Sequence record: JN849462.1
Strand: one strand, 5' to 3'
DNA: 64,000 nt
In this document: positions 9,268-18,003 of the stretch, one piece after another
Layout: every line of letters starts with the position of its first letter
How positions within the stretch are numbered: the stretch's first letter is position 1
Made by a program: the position numbers and the translations under genes
The notes under the pieces: model-generated
Database searches by the model: none
What the model was told of the DNA's origin: nothing
Seen by the model: the letters and a program-made list of their open reading frames with translations, nothing else

Positions 9268-9942
9268 ATGTTAGACAAAAATAAAGTAGATCCAGTACTT
9301 GGACAAAAAGTTGAAGCGCATCTTCGCAAAATCGGGATGCACACGCCGACTGTTGAAAACGGTCTAACTGATGATGAAAAGAAAGCTATTCTTGAAGATC
9401 GTTTCACTGACATCATGCAAGCTCTTGGTCTTGACTTATCAGACGATTCATTAGTTGATACTCCGAAGCGTTGGGCTAAGATGATGGTTAACGAGCTTAT
9501 GAGCGGTCTGTCGCCAGATATGTTCCCGAAATGTACGGCTGTAGACAACAAAATGAACTACGATCAGATGGTTTGTGAAAAAGGTATTACTGTTCTTTCA
9601 CAATGTGAACATCACATCGTAACAATCGACGGCTTTGCCACAGTTGCATACATCCCGAAGAAAAAAGTTCTTGGTCTGTCAAAAATGAATCGCATCGTTG
9701 AGTACTTCGCTCGACGCCCGCAGATTCAAGAGCGTCTGACTGTTCAAATCGCTGAAGCACTGAAATTCATTCTTGAAACTGACGACGTAGCGGTGATGTT
9801 AGACTGCAAACACTATTGCGTCAAAGCACGCGGTGTTGAAGATAACAATTCAAGTACTGTTACAAGTCATCTTTCAGGTGCATTTAGAAATGAACCAGAA
9901 GCACGAGCGGAATTTATGTCTCTTGCTCGTTCACAGGCGTAA
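9268..9942 (+). CDS. folE: GTP cyclohydrolase I
   Basis: TPKR, SQCEHH, GLSKMNRIV, RRPQIQERLT, HYCVKARG, AEFMSL. Confidence 0.96.
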   Translation: MLDKNKVDPVLGQKVEAHLRKIGMHTPTVENGLTDDEKKAILEDRFTDIMQALGLDLSDDSLVDTPKRWAKMMVNELMSGLSPDMFPKCTAVDNKMNYDQMVCEKGITVLSQCEHHIVTIDGFATVAYIPKKKVLGLSKMNRIVEYFARRPQIQERLTVQIAEALKFILETDDVAVMLDCKHYCVKARGVEDNNSSTVTSHLSGAFRNEPEARAEFMSLARSQA

Positions 9943-10615
9943 CGTACCAATCTTTGAACTTAGCCGATGTGTATTTTACGCATCGGTTATACACAGTCAC
10001 ATTAGTGGTATCATTAGCTTCGGCTGCTAATCGAGACGACTCAAACACCCCGTTTGGTGTGTGGAATAGATACTTCGATTGTGGGTTTTGACTCCCGACT
10101 TTAGACTTAGCGAGCTTTCGCTTATGTTCTTCAGTTTTTGTCGTGCCCTTCAGAACACCTTTACTCTTCGCAACATATTCACCGCGAAGGTATCGTTCGT
10201 CGTCAACTCGAATGTATTCAGTTTCACCAGTAGCAATGCATATCGCAGCAAACTTACCTATATGATGCTTTGCAGCATCTTTTCTGGCATCTTTTGTCAT
10301 CGACTCAAACAACCTAGAGTTCATCTTGAACTCGCGTTGCTGTGAGTTGTTCGACATATTAAATGCTGTTAGTGCAAACTTCAGCCGATGTTTCAAGTTA
10401 CCATTGAACATCTTAGCCAATAGCAAATGAGCTATATAATGCTCACGTGCTGTCAATCGCACTAGGTTATTTGATTCATCACTACCACCCGCACATTTAG
10501 GTAAAATGTGATGTTTTTCGCTATAACCGTCTGGTGTGTTTTGAATTCGATTCTCGATTAGAGAAATGTACCATTTTGTGTATTTGTTTAGTATAAGATT
10601 GTCGTGTGTTAACAT
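9914..10615 (-). mobile_element. free-standing HNH homing endonuclease (MobE-like HNH with NUMOD3/IENR1-type C-terminus)
   Basis: EKHHILPKCAGGSDESNNLVRLTAREHYIAHLLL; KTEEHKRKLAKSK; GVFESSRLAAEA; antisense inside the cluster. Confidence 0.88.
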
Positions 10616-10648
10616 TGTACTCTCTTTAAATAAGCATTACTGTGTTAA

Positions 10649-10656
10649 TATTTATA
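10649..10656 (-). promoter_or_regulatory. T4-type late promoter for the HNH gene
   Basis: Perfect TATAAATA on the - strand, then an AGAGAG RBS before ATG 10615. Confidence 0.75.
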
Positions 10657-10676
10657 ATTTTAAGACGAGGTTCACA

Positions 10677-12053
10677 TTGATCATTGAATACGTTATGTCT
10701 GCGACGGGTCATGCCCGTCTCGGTGCAGCACATAAGCTAATGGACGTAGTTGACACGTCCTATTTGCGCGATATTCTAAATGCAGCGCAAGATCTCGACG
10801 GTGTTCACAAAATCAGTATGCTGTACAACGCATATACTGAAAAGAAAGTCGGTCATCAAATCAATGACTTGTTTGGCGATTCTGTCTACAAGGTACACGT
10901 CGATTCGGGTGGTCTACAGATAGTCAACTTGGGTTTAGAGAATACGCCAGAACTTCGTAAAGCAGTTTACGAGAATCAAGCAGAATCTGGCGATATTGGC
11001 ATGTGTTTTGACGAAATCCCGTTGCACAACGAAGCAAAGGGTGGTGGCGCTGCTCGTATCAACACGAAAGACAAGGTCTTCATGTATGATCTAGCGTACA
11101 AGTACGGCGTCAAAACAGGTAAGAACATTCGCGCACAAATCGAAACTTATATCGAGAAGGGTAGCAAATGCAAACCGTATATCATCTTACAAGGCAACTC
11201 AGACGACGACTTTAAAGCATTCAGTGACGGGATTATGTCTCAACTCGAAGGCGTTGAAGATCACATTGCTGGTTGTGCTGCTGCCGATACATGCATTGGT
11301 AATGGCGTACGTGAGTCTATCGACATGATGAGCGTCATTCCGAAACTCAACATCCCAGAGAAAGCAAAGAAATCAGTGCATATGCTGGGAGTTGGCTCAG
11401 TTAAACGTCTATTGCCTGCTGTAGCACTTATCAGAAGTGGTTATTTTGGTGATGACTTTCATATCAGCTATGACTCATCAACGCATACTGGATGTCTGAC
11501 TAACCGAGAATACACAGACAAGCTTGGTCGCCGTCGTAAAATCTCAGGTCACGGAATTATGAAAGATGGTAAGAAATTGCCTTCTCGTGAGCTTGATGAA
11601 ATGCTAGATGAAGTGTGGGGTCGATTCGGTCATACTCTACCGCGTAGCAAAGAAGAGTTCAAGGAATTCGCGACACGTCTGTGGTTGAAAGAACTCGACA
11701 AAGAAACAATGACTGACGAAGATATTGTGTTTGAAGTTGCTTGCAACTTGTGTATAATCTTATCACAAGTCAACAACTTTCAAGCGATTATCTCTGAAAC
11801 GTTTGACTTGAATACGCCAAAAGCTGCTGATTTGTCAGCGTTCTTCGGTGGTTCTATTGAGAAAAAAGAGCCGCAAGAGGGATTCAAGAAGTGGTCAGCG
11901 ATTCGTCGTCTTGATGTTCTTGATAAACTACTTGACGTTAAAACTATCGAAGCATATGATCGCTGGCACAGTAGCTATGTTGATAGACTACCGTCAATGC
12001 GCATTCGTCGCGGCACAACTGCTGAATTCCCAGCTTTCAAAGAACAAGAATAG
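10677..12053 (+). CDS. dpdA: TGT-fold 7-deazaguanine DNA transglycosylase (DpdA-like)
   Basis: VDSGGLQ, CFDEIP, ILQGN, HMLGVG, SYDSS correspond to TGT/DpdA motifs; lies in the queD-folE-queF-queC cluster; probable TTG start at 10677 after GAGGT. Confidence 0.8.
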   Translation: MIIEYVMSATGHARLGAAHKLMDVVDTSYLRDILNAAQDLDGVHKISMLYNAYTEKKVGHQINDLFGDSVYKVHVDSGGLQIVNLGLENTPELRKAVYENQAESGDIGMCFDEIPLHNEAKGGGAARINTKDKVFMYDLAYKYGVKTGKNIRAQIETYIEKGSKCKPYIILQGNSDDDFKAFSDGIMSQLEGVEDHIAGCAAADTCIGNGVRESIDMMSVIPKLNIPEKAKKSVHMLGVGSVKRLLPAVALIRSGYFGDDFHISYDSSTHTGCLTNREYTDKLGRRRKISGHGIMKDGKKLPSRELDEMLDEVWGRFGHTLPRSKEEFKEFATRLWLKELDKETMTDEDIVFEVACNLCIILSQVNNFQAIISETFDLNTPKAADLSAFFGGSIEKKEPQEGFKKWSAIRRLDVLDKLLDVKTIEAYDRWHSSYVDRLPSMRIRRGTTAEFPAFKEQE

Positions 12054-12071
12054 CGCCTTCGGGCGCTCTTT
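12052..12071 (+). terminator. UUCG hairpin, probable terminator
   Basis: AGCGCC-TTCG-GGCGCT-CTTT. Confidence 0.65.
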
Positions 12072-12082
12072 ATGAGGTAAAC

Positions 12083-12991
12083 ATGAGCAATTATGATCAA
12101 GTTTCAGCTATTGCTGCTGAACATTTAGGTAAAAAAGCTGGCGATTACAGCGATTTCGTTGACATCGTAGAAGTTCGCCCTGATTTACTCGTGCCAATCC
12201 CGCGTGAACTGAATCGAACTGACTACGGTATCACAAATGAAGACTTTGCAGGGTTTGATACGTGGCATGGCTTCGAAGTTTCTGCACTGACTGAACAAGG
12301 TCTGCCTGTATCAGGCATGGCTAAAGTAGTGTATCCGAGTGATTCACCGAACATCGTTGAAAGTAAATCAATGAAACTGTACTGGAACAGCTTCAACATG
12401 GCTAAAGTCGCTGCGACTCGTGCTGAAGTGAAAGATGCAATTGAAGCAATCGCGTCGCGTGATCTATCTGAAGTCATCGGTGCGCCTGTTCAAGTAAGTT
12501 TCTTCACTGAAAAACTAACTCAACCGCATGGTATGACTGGCTTTGCTGAACTCGACAAATATGTTTCTGAATCGACTGTGTTTGACTCTGAGAGTGGTGC
12601 TGACGCTGATCTATTGCAAGAGTCGCACATCAAGAAACTGAAAGTGTTCACGCCTAATCTGCGTTCAAACTGTCGCGTTACACATCAACCCGACTTCGGT
12701 GATTTGTACGTATACATGAGCGGCGAAAAGACTCCGACTGTTGATAGTCTGATGCAATACATCGTTTCTTTCCGCAAAGAGAATCATTTCCATGAAGAAT
12801 GCGTTGAAATGATTTACAAAGCGTTGCTTGACAAGTTCGACCCGACTGAACTGATGGTCACAGCGTTATACACACGTCGCGGTGGATGGAATATCTGTCC
12901 AGCACGAGCGACACACGAAGAGCTATTGCCAGAAGCACTTGGTAGTAAATCTGTCTCGCACACTAACGGAAGTTGTTTATTCCGTCAGTAA
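12083..12991 (+). CDS. queF: NADPH-dependent preQ0 reductase, two-domain type
   Basis: VESKSMKLYWNSF QueF motif, CRVTHQPDFG, ENHFHEECVE, YTRRGG. Confidence 0.93.
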   Translation: MSNYDQVSAIAAEHLGKKAGDYSDFVDIVEVRPDLLVPIPRELNRTDYGITNEDFAGFDTWHGFEVSALTEQGLPVSGMAKVVYPSDSPNIVESKSMKLYWNSFNMAKVAATRAEVKDAIEAIASRDLSEVIGAPVQVSFFTEKLTQPHGMTGFAELDKYVSESTVFDSESGADADLLQESHIKKLKVFTPNLRSNCRVTHQPDFGDLYVYMSGEKTPTVDSLMQYIVSFRKENHFHEECVEMIYKALLDKFDPTELMVTALYTRRGGWNICPARATHEELLPEALGSKSVSHTNGSCLFRQ

Positions 12992-13046
12992 TAAGAGCTA
13001 TGATGAGTGTTCAATTGTGAGCACTCATATACTTGAGAGGTTAAAA

Positions 13047-13763
13047 ATGAAAGTAGTATCTGTTCTAAGCGGTGGCTTGGACTCAACAATCCTTACGTAC
13101 AAACTAGTTGACGAATTCGGCAAAGACAATGTGTTTGCATTATCGTTCTACTACGGTCAAAAACAGTCGATTGAGCTAGAAAAAGCTAAATTGACTTGTC
13201 AAAAGCTCGGCATCGAGCATCGTCTAATTGACATTTCATTCTTAGGTGAAGTCGTCGCGCCAGTCTGTGCGAATATCGCTGGTTCAGATGTTGCTATGCC
13301 AACTATTCAAGATGTTCTCGGTGACCCTCAGCCACCAACTGAAGTTCCATATCGTAACATGCTATTGAACACAATCGCGTTCTCATTCGCACAAGCAAAT
13401 GGTTGTTCAGCGGTGTTTACGGGTATTCAAGTGCATGACGCATATGGTTATTGGGACTGCACGCAAGATTTTCTTGACGGTATGAACAAAATTTCAGCAC
13501 TGAATCGTCAACACGAAATCACATTACATGCGCCGTTCGCTCAAATGTCAAAAGCTGATGAAATCGCTATCGGTGTTGAGCTTGGTGTGCCGTTCGAGGA
13601 TAGTCTGACTTGTTACGACCCGAACGAAGCTGGCGAAAGCTGTGGTAAATGTCCGTCGTGTGCTGAACGCATCATGAACTTCGGCAAAGCTGGTATAGTC
13701 GATCCTGCGCCTTACTCAATTGACATCTCGTGGAAGCAAGTATTTGCTAAGGCAGGTCATTAA
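13047..13763 (+). CDS. queC: 7-cyano-7-deazaguanine synthase
   Basis: SGGLDST, YGQKQ..E, VPYRN, YWDC, TCY...CGKCPSC; start moved to ATG 13047 after GAGAGG. Confidence 0.95.
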   Translation: MKVVSVLSGGLDSTILTYKLVDEFGKDNVFALSFYYGQKQSIELEKAKLTCQKLGIEHRLIDISFLGEVVAPVCANIAGSDVAMPTIQDVLGDPQPPTEVPYRNMLLNTIAFSFAQANGCSAVFTGIQVHDAYGYWDCTQDFLDGMNKISALNRQHEITLHAPFAQMSKADEIAIGVELGVPFEDSLTCYDPNEAGESCGKCPSCAERIMNFGKAGIVDPAPYSIDISWKQVFAKAGH

Positions 13764-14371
13764 TGTGTGGATTATTTGCTGCTAGAAGCAAGCAAGAGCT
13801 TATTGAATTGTCAAAAAGCAACATTCATCGTGGTTCGCGTACTCACTCTGTGAGTACGTTTAAGAACGGTCACGTGACGATTCATAAGTTTACAGGCGCG
13901 TTTGACGCGACGAATGTTCCCGATAGTGCAGATTTTTATATTTGTCACGTACAAGCACCGACGGGAACAAGTGCTCAAGCACATCCCGCTATTGTGACAA
14001 TCGAAGAGAATGGCCAATTACACGATTCACACGTGTGGCACAATGGCATTCTTAAAGATCATTACATGAAAAAGCAGTCTCAAGATTGGGATACTGCACA
14101 CATTGCCGAAGCAATTTGCTACGGAAAACTAAACGAACTTGACGGTACATTTGCTTGTTTTCACTTCATAAACGGTCATTTGCGTGTATTTCGCAATGAA
14201 ATCAGCCCGCTGTTCATGAGTGAAGACGGGACATCGTTTAGCAGCACGCGAACGATTCTCACGCCAGAGCATGTTGAGCCGAATAGAGTGTTTAACATCG
14301 ACTTGAAGACGTTTAAAATGTCAATCGTAAACGAGTTCAAGACTCTAGAAAACCCCTATTTCTTTATGTGA
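13763..14371 (+). CDS. class II (Ntn) glutamine amidotransferase, stand-alone
   Basis: N-terminal MCGLF, HRG, CHVQAPT, WHNG, LDGTFA; TAATG-coupled to queC. Confidence 0.85.
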   Translation: MCGLFAARSKQELIELSKSNIHRGSRTHSVSTFKNGHVTIHKFTGAFDATNVPDSADFYICHVQAPTGTSAQAHPAIVTIEENGQLHDSHVWHNGILKDHYMKKQSQDWDTAHIAEAICYGKLNELDGTFACFHFINGHLRVFRNEISPLFMSEDGTSFSSTRTILTPEHVEPNRVFNIDLKTFKMSIVNEFKTLENPYFFM

Positions 14372-14379
14372 GGTAAAAC

Positions 14380-14655
14380 ATGATTGAAGTGAATATCGAC
14401 GACTTGCTTAAAAACGGCAAAGTCACATTTGAATTTGAGAAAGCAGACGGTACTATCAAGACAGTGACTGGTACGCGCAATCTCGATTTCATCCCTGCTG
14501 AGTTTCACCCGAAAGAAAAGCCTTTAGCTGAAGGCGAGACGAAGCCAGAGAAAACAGAAAAGCAAAAAGCAACATGCGGTTATTTCGATCTTGAAGCTAA
14601 CGGCTGGCGCTCATTCAAACGTGCAAATCTTCGCGAAGTAAAATCGTTTGTATAA
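14380..14655 (+). CDS. WYL_2/DUF2693-like small SH3-fold protein
   Basis: VTFEFEKADGTIKTVTGT...YFDLEANGWRSF. Confidence 0.7.
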   Translation: MIEVNIDDLLKNGKVTFEFEKADGTIKTVTGTRNLDFIPAEFHPKEKPLAEGETKPEKTEKQKATCGYFDLEANGWRSFKRANLREVKSFV

Positions 14656-14848
14656 CGACCCGTTTGCTGAACAATTGCGCGTCGGACAGTGGATTCTTCA
14701 CAAGAAGACGGGTAATGTGTATATAGTAACGAGTAAAGGCAAACTCAAGTTCGACGGTAAATGGTATAATTCTGTCACTTACACGAGCGAACTAGGCGAC
14801 GTATATACAAGAACATACGACGACTTCCGCGGGTTTGAACTAGCATAA
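14648..14848 (+). CDS. DUF1653-like small protein
   Basis: HKKTGNVYIV...VTY...VYTR..DDF. Confidence 0.55.
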   Translation: MYNDPFAEQLRVGQWILHKKTGNVYIVTSKGKLKFDGKWYNSVTYTSELGDVYTRTYDDFRGFELA

Positions 14849-14953
14849 GTCCGCACTGAGAGACGGTCGCAGTGCGCTGATAAAACAGCGATCAACAAAT
14901 AGGAGTGATGGGCCCTAACTCATCAATTCATCAACTTTCGTGAGATCTATATA

Positions 14954-15160
14954 ATGGCTACAGATAAAGAATTACTCAATGACGTAAACAACTTCTGGAT
15001 TGGTTGGGATCAACGCGGTCCCGAGAGTCGAGATTACGATGTTGAGCACGGTAATATGCGCAAGAAATGTCGTGAGTTTGAAGAGCGTAAGAAAGCTACA
15101 GACGAACGCATTGCAGCATTTGAAGAAACACGAAACAAATACAAAAGACGAGAGAAATAA
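14954..15160 (+). CDS. hypothetical protein
   Basis: 68 aa, TAATG-coupled to gp31. Confidence 0.7.
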   Translation: MATDKELLNDVNNFWIGWDQRGPESRDYDVEHGNMRKKCREFEERKKATDERIAAFEETRNKYKRREK

Positions 15161-15498
15161 TGACACTTAAAGCATACGCAATGGGCGAACAAATCATCAT
15201 CGACACAAAAGCTGTTAAAGAAGGTGAAGAAATCAAATCCGAAGGCGGCATCGTTCTAGGACGTGCAACACAAGGTGAAGTTCCGCTACACGGTATCGTA
15301 ATTTCTGTCGGTGAAGACGTTGACCAAAACGTCATCAAAGTCGGTGATAAAGTTCTATTACCACAAGGCAATATGAAAAACGTTCCAGATCCACGCATTA
15401 TCGCAGGTATCATGAAGCCAGATGATCAAGACCGCGCACTCTGGGTACACACTCACTACAAAAATATCGCGGCTGTGTATCGCGACGACGAGGAATAA
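15160..15498 (+). CDS. gp31: gp31 GroES-like co-chaperonin for capsid assembly
   Basis: GGIVLG..QGEVP...SVGEDV...KVGD..LP.G...NVPDP...HYK, colinear with T4 gp31. Confidence 0.92.
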   Translation: MTLKAYAMGEQIIIDTKAVKEGEEIKSEGGIVLGRATQGEVPLHGIVISVGEDVDQNVIKVGDKVLLPQGNMKNVPDPRIIAGIMKPDDQDRALWVHTHYKNIAAVYRDDEE

Positions 15499-15499
15499 G

Positions 15500-15889
15500 A
15501 TGAACGACAACTTACGAATGATTGAAGTTTCAGCAACTGGTTACTACAGCAACGCTACAGCGGCACATACTTGTTGGGTGACTGCTGAATTCGTTGAGAA
15601 GTACGAAGACGAAATCAGAAAGTTCGATTTCTACTTCAGCGACCTTGATGGTAAGCATTCTGAAACTCATGCTGACATTGAAATCTACTCCGACCAACGT
15701 GATATGGCATTGGCGTGGAGCGAATCTCAAGGTGAAGATTGGTCAATTACTGAAATCATGTTCGACCAAGATGTGTTTGAAGATGCTGATATTGAAGAAA
15801 TGATCAGCCTGAACGAAGACATGAACAACACAATTGAAGTCAAGACACAAACAGTCATCACAATCGGTACTGAAACTATCGTTGTATAA
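15500..15889 (+). CDS. hypothetical acidic protein
   Basis: RBS GAGGA; start moved to ATG 15500. Confidence 0.8.
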   Translation: MNDNLRMIEVSATGYYSNATAAHTCWVTAEFVEKYEDEIRKFDFYFSDLDGKHSETHADIEIYSDQRDMALAWSESQGEDWSITEIMFDQDVFEDADIEEMISLNEDMNNTIEVKTQTVITIGTETIVV

Positions 15890-15918
15890 TTCAGCGAAAA
15901 GTGAAAGTATAGTTACAC

Positions 15919-15944
15919 AAAAGGGAGCTAATTGCTCCCTTTTT
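15919..15944. terminator. bidirectional terminator
   Basis: AAAAGGGAGC-TAATT-GCTCCCTTTT between convergent genes. Confidence 0.85.
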
Positions 15945-15945
15945 G

Positions 15946-16455
15946 CTATTCATCATCTTCTGCGTAACCATACTTGTTGTTGTCAAAGTCACAACGCGGA
16001 TTATGCAAGAAACTCTTTCTATAAATCTTCTCTAAATCACTCTTCTTAGCGTTGTCTGGGTACTTAATACCTAGACTGTCCAAATGTTCCTTTTGCTCTT
16101 GCAGCTTCAATCGACTGAAGATCTTAGTTTGGTCTTTCGGATGCTGTGGGTGATAATCATTATCTGAGTAATCGGCTTCTAGGTAATCAACGAGATTACG
16201 CAACCACTGAACGTAATTTATTCCACGCCCTTTCAAACCAGAGCGAGTGAACTTGTGAATAACAACACCCTCGTAAGTGTTGCACGCACGGCAAAGAACG
16301 CCACGAATATGACCAGTATTATGGTCATGATCAGTATGCGGTGTGCTCTTCTCTTCACTCAGTTTCGTCCCACATAACACACAACGGTCAAGTTGGCTCA
16401 TGATGAGTTCGTTGCGGCATTCGGTCAGTTCTGATTGTTTTAATTGCTTGCTCAT
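15946..16455 (-). CDS. gp49: recombination endonuclease VII
   Basis: CVLC..DHDH..GHIRGVLCRACN..EG...RSGLKGRGINYVQWL, colinear with T4 gp49. Confidence 0.95.
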   Translation of the reverse strand: MSKQLKQSELTECRNELIMSQLDRCVLCGTKLSEEKSTPHTDHDHNTGHIRGVLCRACNTYEGVVIHKFTRSGLKGRGINYVQWLRNLVDYLEADYSDNDYHPQHPKDQTKIFSRLKLQEQKEHLDSLGIKYPDNAKKSDLEKIYRKSFLHNPRCDFDNNKYGYAEDDE

Positions 16456-16475
16456 GTATTTTTCTCAAAAAGTTA

Positions 16476-16504
16476 TTGACTATACTCTTGTTTATATGTA
16501 CAAT
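16476..16504 (+). promoter_or_regulatory. early promoter with an opposite-strand late-like TATAAACA (16489-16496) in its spacer
   Basis: TTGACT-17 nt-TACAAT. Confidence 0.75.
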
Positions 16505-16534
16505 GAGAAGGCAAATTCGTATAAGGAATATAAC

Positions 16535-16789
16535 ATGGCAGCAAGACTATTAAGACAACGACTTGAAACACTCGCGTTGTGTGAGTTTAGTCAAGTTGAA
16601 GTGCGATACTTCGAAAACGGTAGCGAACGCTACAAAACACCCGAACTGACATTCGATGTAGATGCGAATTCAGCAATCATTGTAATGTCAGACTCAGCCG
16701 GTCGAGTTGAATACTCAGACACTGAGATTGAAAAACAAATCGCGAGTCTTGAAGAACTCGCACATCGTGAACGCTTTTTAGGAATTTAA
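16535..16789 (+). CDS. hypothetical protein
   Basis: RBS AAGGA; start moved to ATG 16535. Confidence 0.75.
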   Translation: MAARLLRQRLETLALCEFSQVEVRYFENGSERYKTPELTFDVDANSAIIVMSDSAGRVEYSDTEIEKQIASLEELAHRERFLGI

Positions 16790-16798
16790 GGTAAATTT

Positions 16799-17806
16799 AT
16801 GAGCTTTGTGAAATACACATCATTAGAAAACAGCTACCGTCAAGCATTCGTAGACAAATGCGACATGCTTGGCGTTCGCGAGTGGGTAGCACTTGAGAAG
16901 ATTCACGGTGCTAACTTCAGTTTCATCGTCGAGTTCAAGCCGAATGAAGCACAAGACGGCGCAGAATTCACTGTAACGCCCGCTAAACGCACTTCTACTA
17001 TCGGTGCTAACGTTATGGGCGATTACGACTTCTACGGCTGTACGAGCGTTGTAGAAGCTCACACAGCGAAGATGGAAGCAATCTCAAACTGGCTGTGGGC
17101 GCGTGGGATCATCAATGTAGGTGAAACAATCATCGTCTACGGTGAACTTGCAGGCAAAGGCGTTCAGAAAGAAGTGAACTACGGTGATAAAGACTTCTGG
17201 GCTTACGACATCTTGCTGCCTGAAACAGGCAAGTTTCTAGATTGGGATGTCGTGCTCGAAGCGTGTGAGTTTGCAAAAGTCAAGACGACTCACGAAATTG
17301 CTCGTGGCACACTCGATGAACTACTTCGAATTGACCCCCTCTTCAGAAGCTTTCACACGCCCGCTGACGTTGACGGTGAAAATGTAGCAGAAGGGTTCGT
17401 TGTTAAGCAATTACGCAATGAGAAACGCTTACACAACGGTTCTCGTGCAATTCTGAAGGTCAAGAACGATAAGTTCAAAGAGAAAAAGAACAAAGCAGGT
17501 AAAACTCCGCGTGCTGCTGTTGTTCTTACTGAAGAGCAAGAGAAACTACACGCTGCGTTTAGCTGCTACTTAACGGAAAACCGTTTACGTAACGTGCTAA
17601 GTAAGCTTGAGACTGTGACACAAAAGCAGTTCGGGATGATCAGCGGTTTATTCATCAAAGACGCCAAAGATGAGTTTGAGCGTGACGAACTCAACGAAAC
17701 GGCAATTGCTCGTGATGATTGGGACGTGATCAAGCGTTCACTGACGAATATCGCCAATGAAATTTTACGCAAGAACTGGCTGGATATTCTAGACGGGAAT
17801 TTCTAA
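16799..17806 (+). CDS. rnlB: RNA ligase 2
   Basis: KYTSLEN, EKIHGANFS (motif I), YGE, EGFV, ILKVKN, YLTENR. Confidence 0.96.
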   Translation: MSFVKYTSLENSYRQAFVDKCDMLGVREWVALEKIHGANFSFIVEFKPNEAQDGAEFTVTPAKRTSTIGANVMGDYDFYGCTSVVEAHTAKMEAISNWLWARGIINVGETIIVYGELAGKGVQKEVNYGDKDFWAYDILLPETGKFLDWDVVLEACEFAKVKTTHEIARGTLDELLRIDPLFRSFHTPADVDGENVAEGFVVKQLRNEKRLHNGSRAILKVKNDKFKEKKNKAGKTPRAAVVLTEEQEKLHAAFSCYLTENRLRNVLSKLETVTQKQFGMISGLFIKDAKDEFERDELNETAIARDDWDVIKRSLTNIANEILRKNWLDILDGNF

Positions 17807-17808
17807 AC

Positions 17809-18003
17809 TTGAAAAAGCGTGCGTGGTTCTTTGTATTTTGCGGAATCGGTGCTATAAGCTACTTCGGTAGCTTATTCTTAGCGTCGCTGCTTATCTCGAA
17901 GTCAATCGAAGCATCTATAATGTTCATCGGAATCGTGTTTCTAGCCCTCTTAAATACAATCAGAGCGGGCATCGAAGAAGATGAAAACAACAAAGCCCCT
18001 TAA
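17809..18003 (+). CDS. small membrane protein
   Basis: Two hydrophobic segments. Confidence 0.6.
   Translation: MKKRAWFFVFCGIGAISYFGSLFLASLLISKSIEASIMFIGIVFLALLNTIRAGIEEDENNKAP

Noticed and set aside
10566-10676. N-terminal extension of the TGT-fold ORF
   Set aside because: Overlaps the HNH start and its late promoter, is AT-rich, and has no RBS; TTG 10677 has GAGGT
9900-10680. Group I intron housing the HNH
   Set aside because: folE ends with a complete C-terminus, dpdA has its own RBS/start, the HNH is antisense, and no intron core was recognised
13003-13028. preQ1 riboswitch upstream of queC
   Set aside because: There is a 10-bp hairpin (ATGAGTGTTC/GAGCACTCAT), but the loop is only 6 nt and there is no A-rich 3' tail as in preQ1-I; more likely a stabilising or processing hairpin
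14852-14895. Hammerhead ribozyme or TPP riboswitch
   Set aside because: CTGAGAG does not match CUGANGA, and the remaining conserved cores are absent
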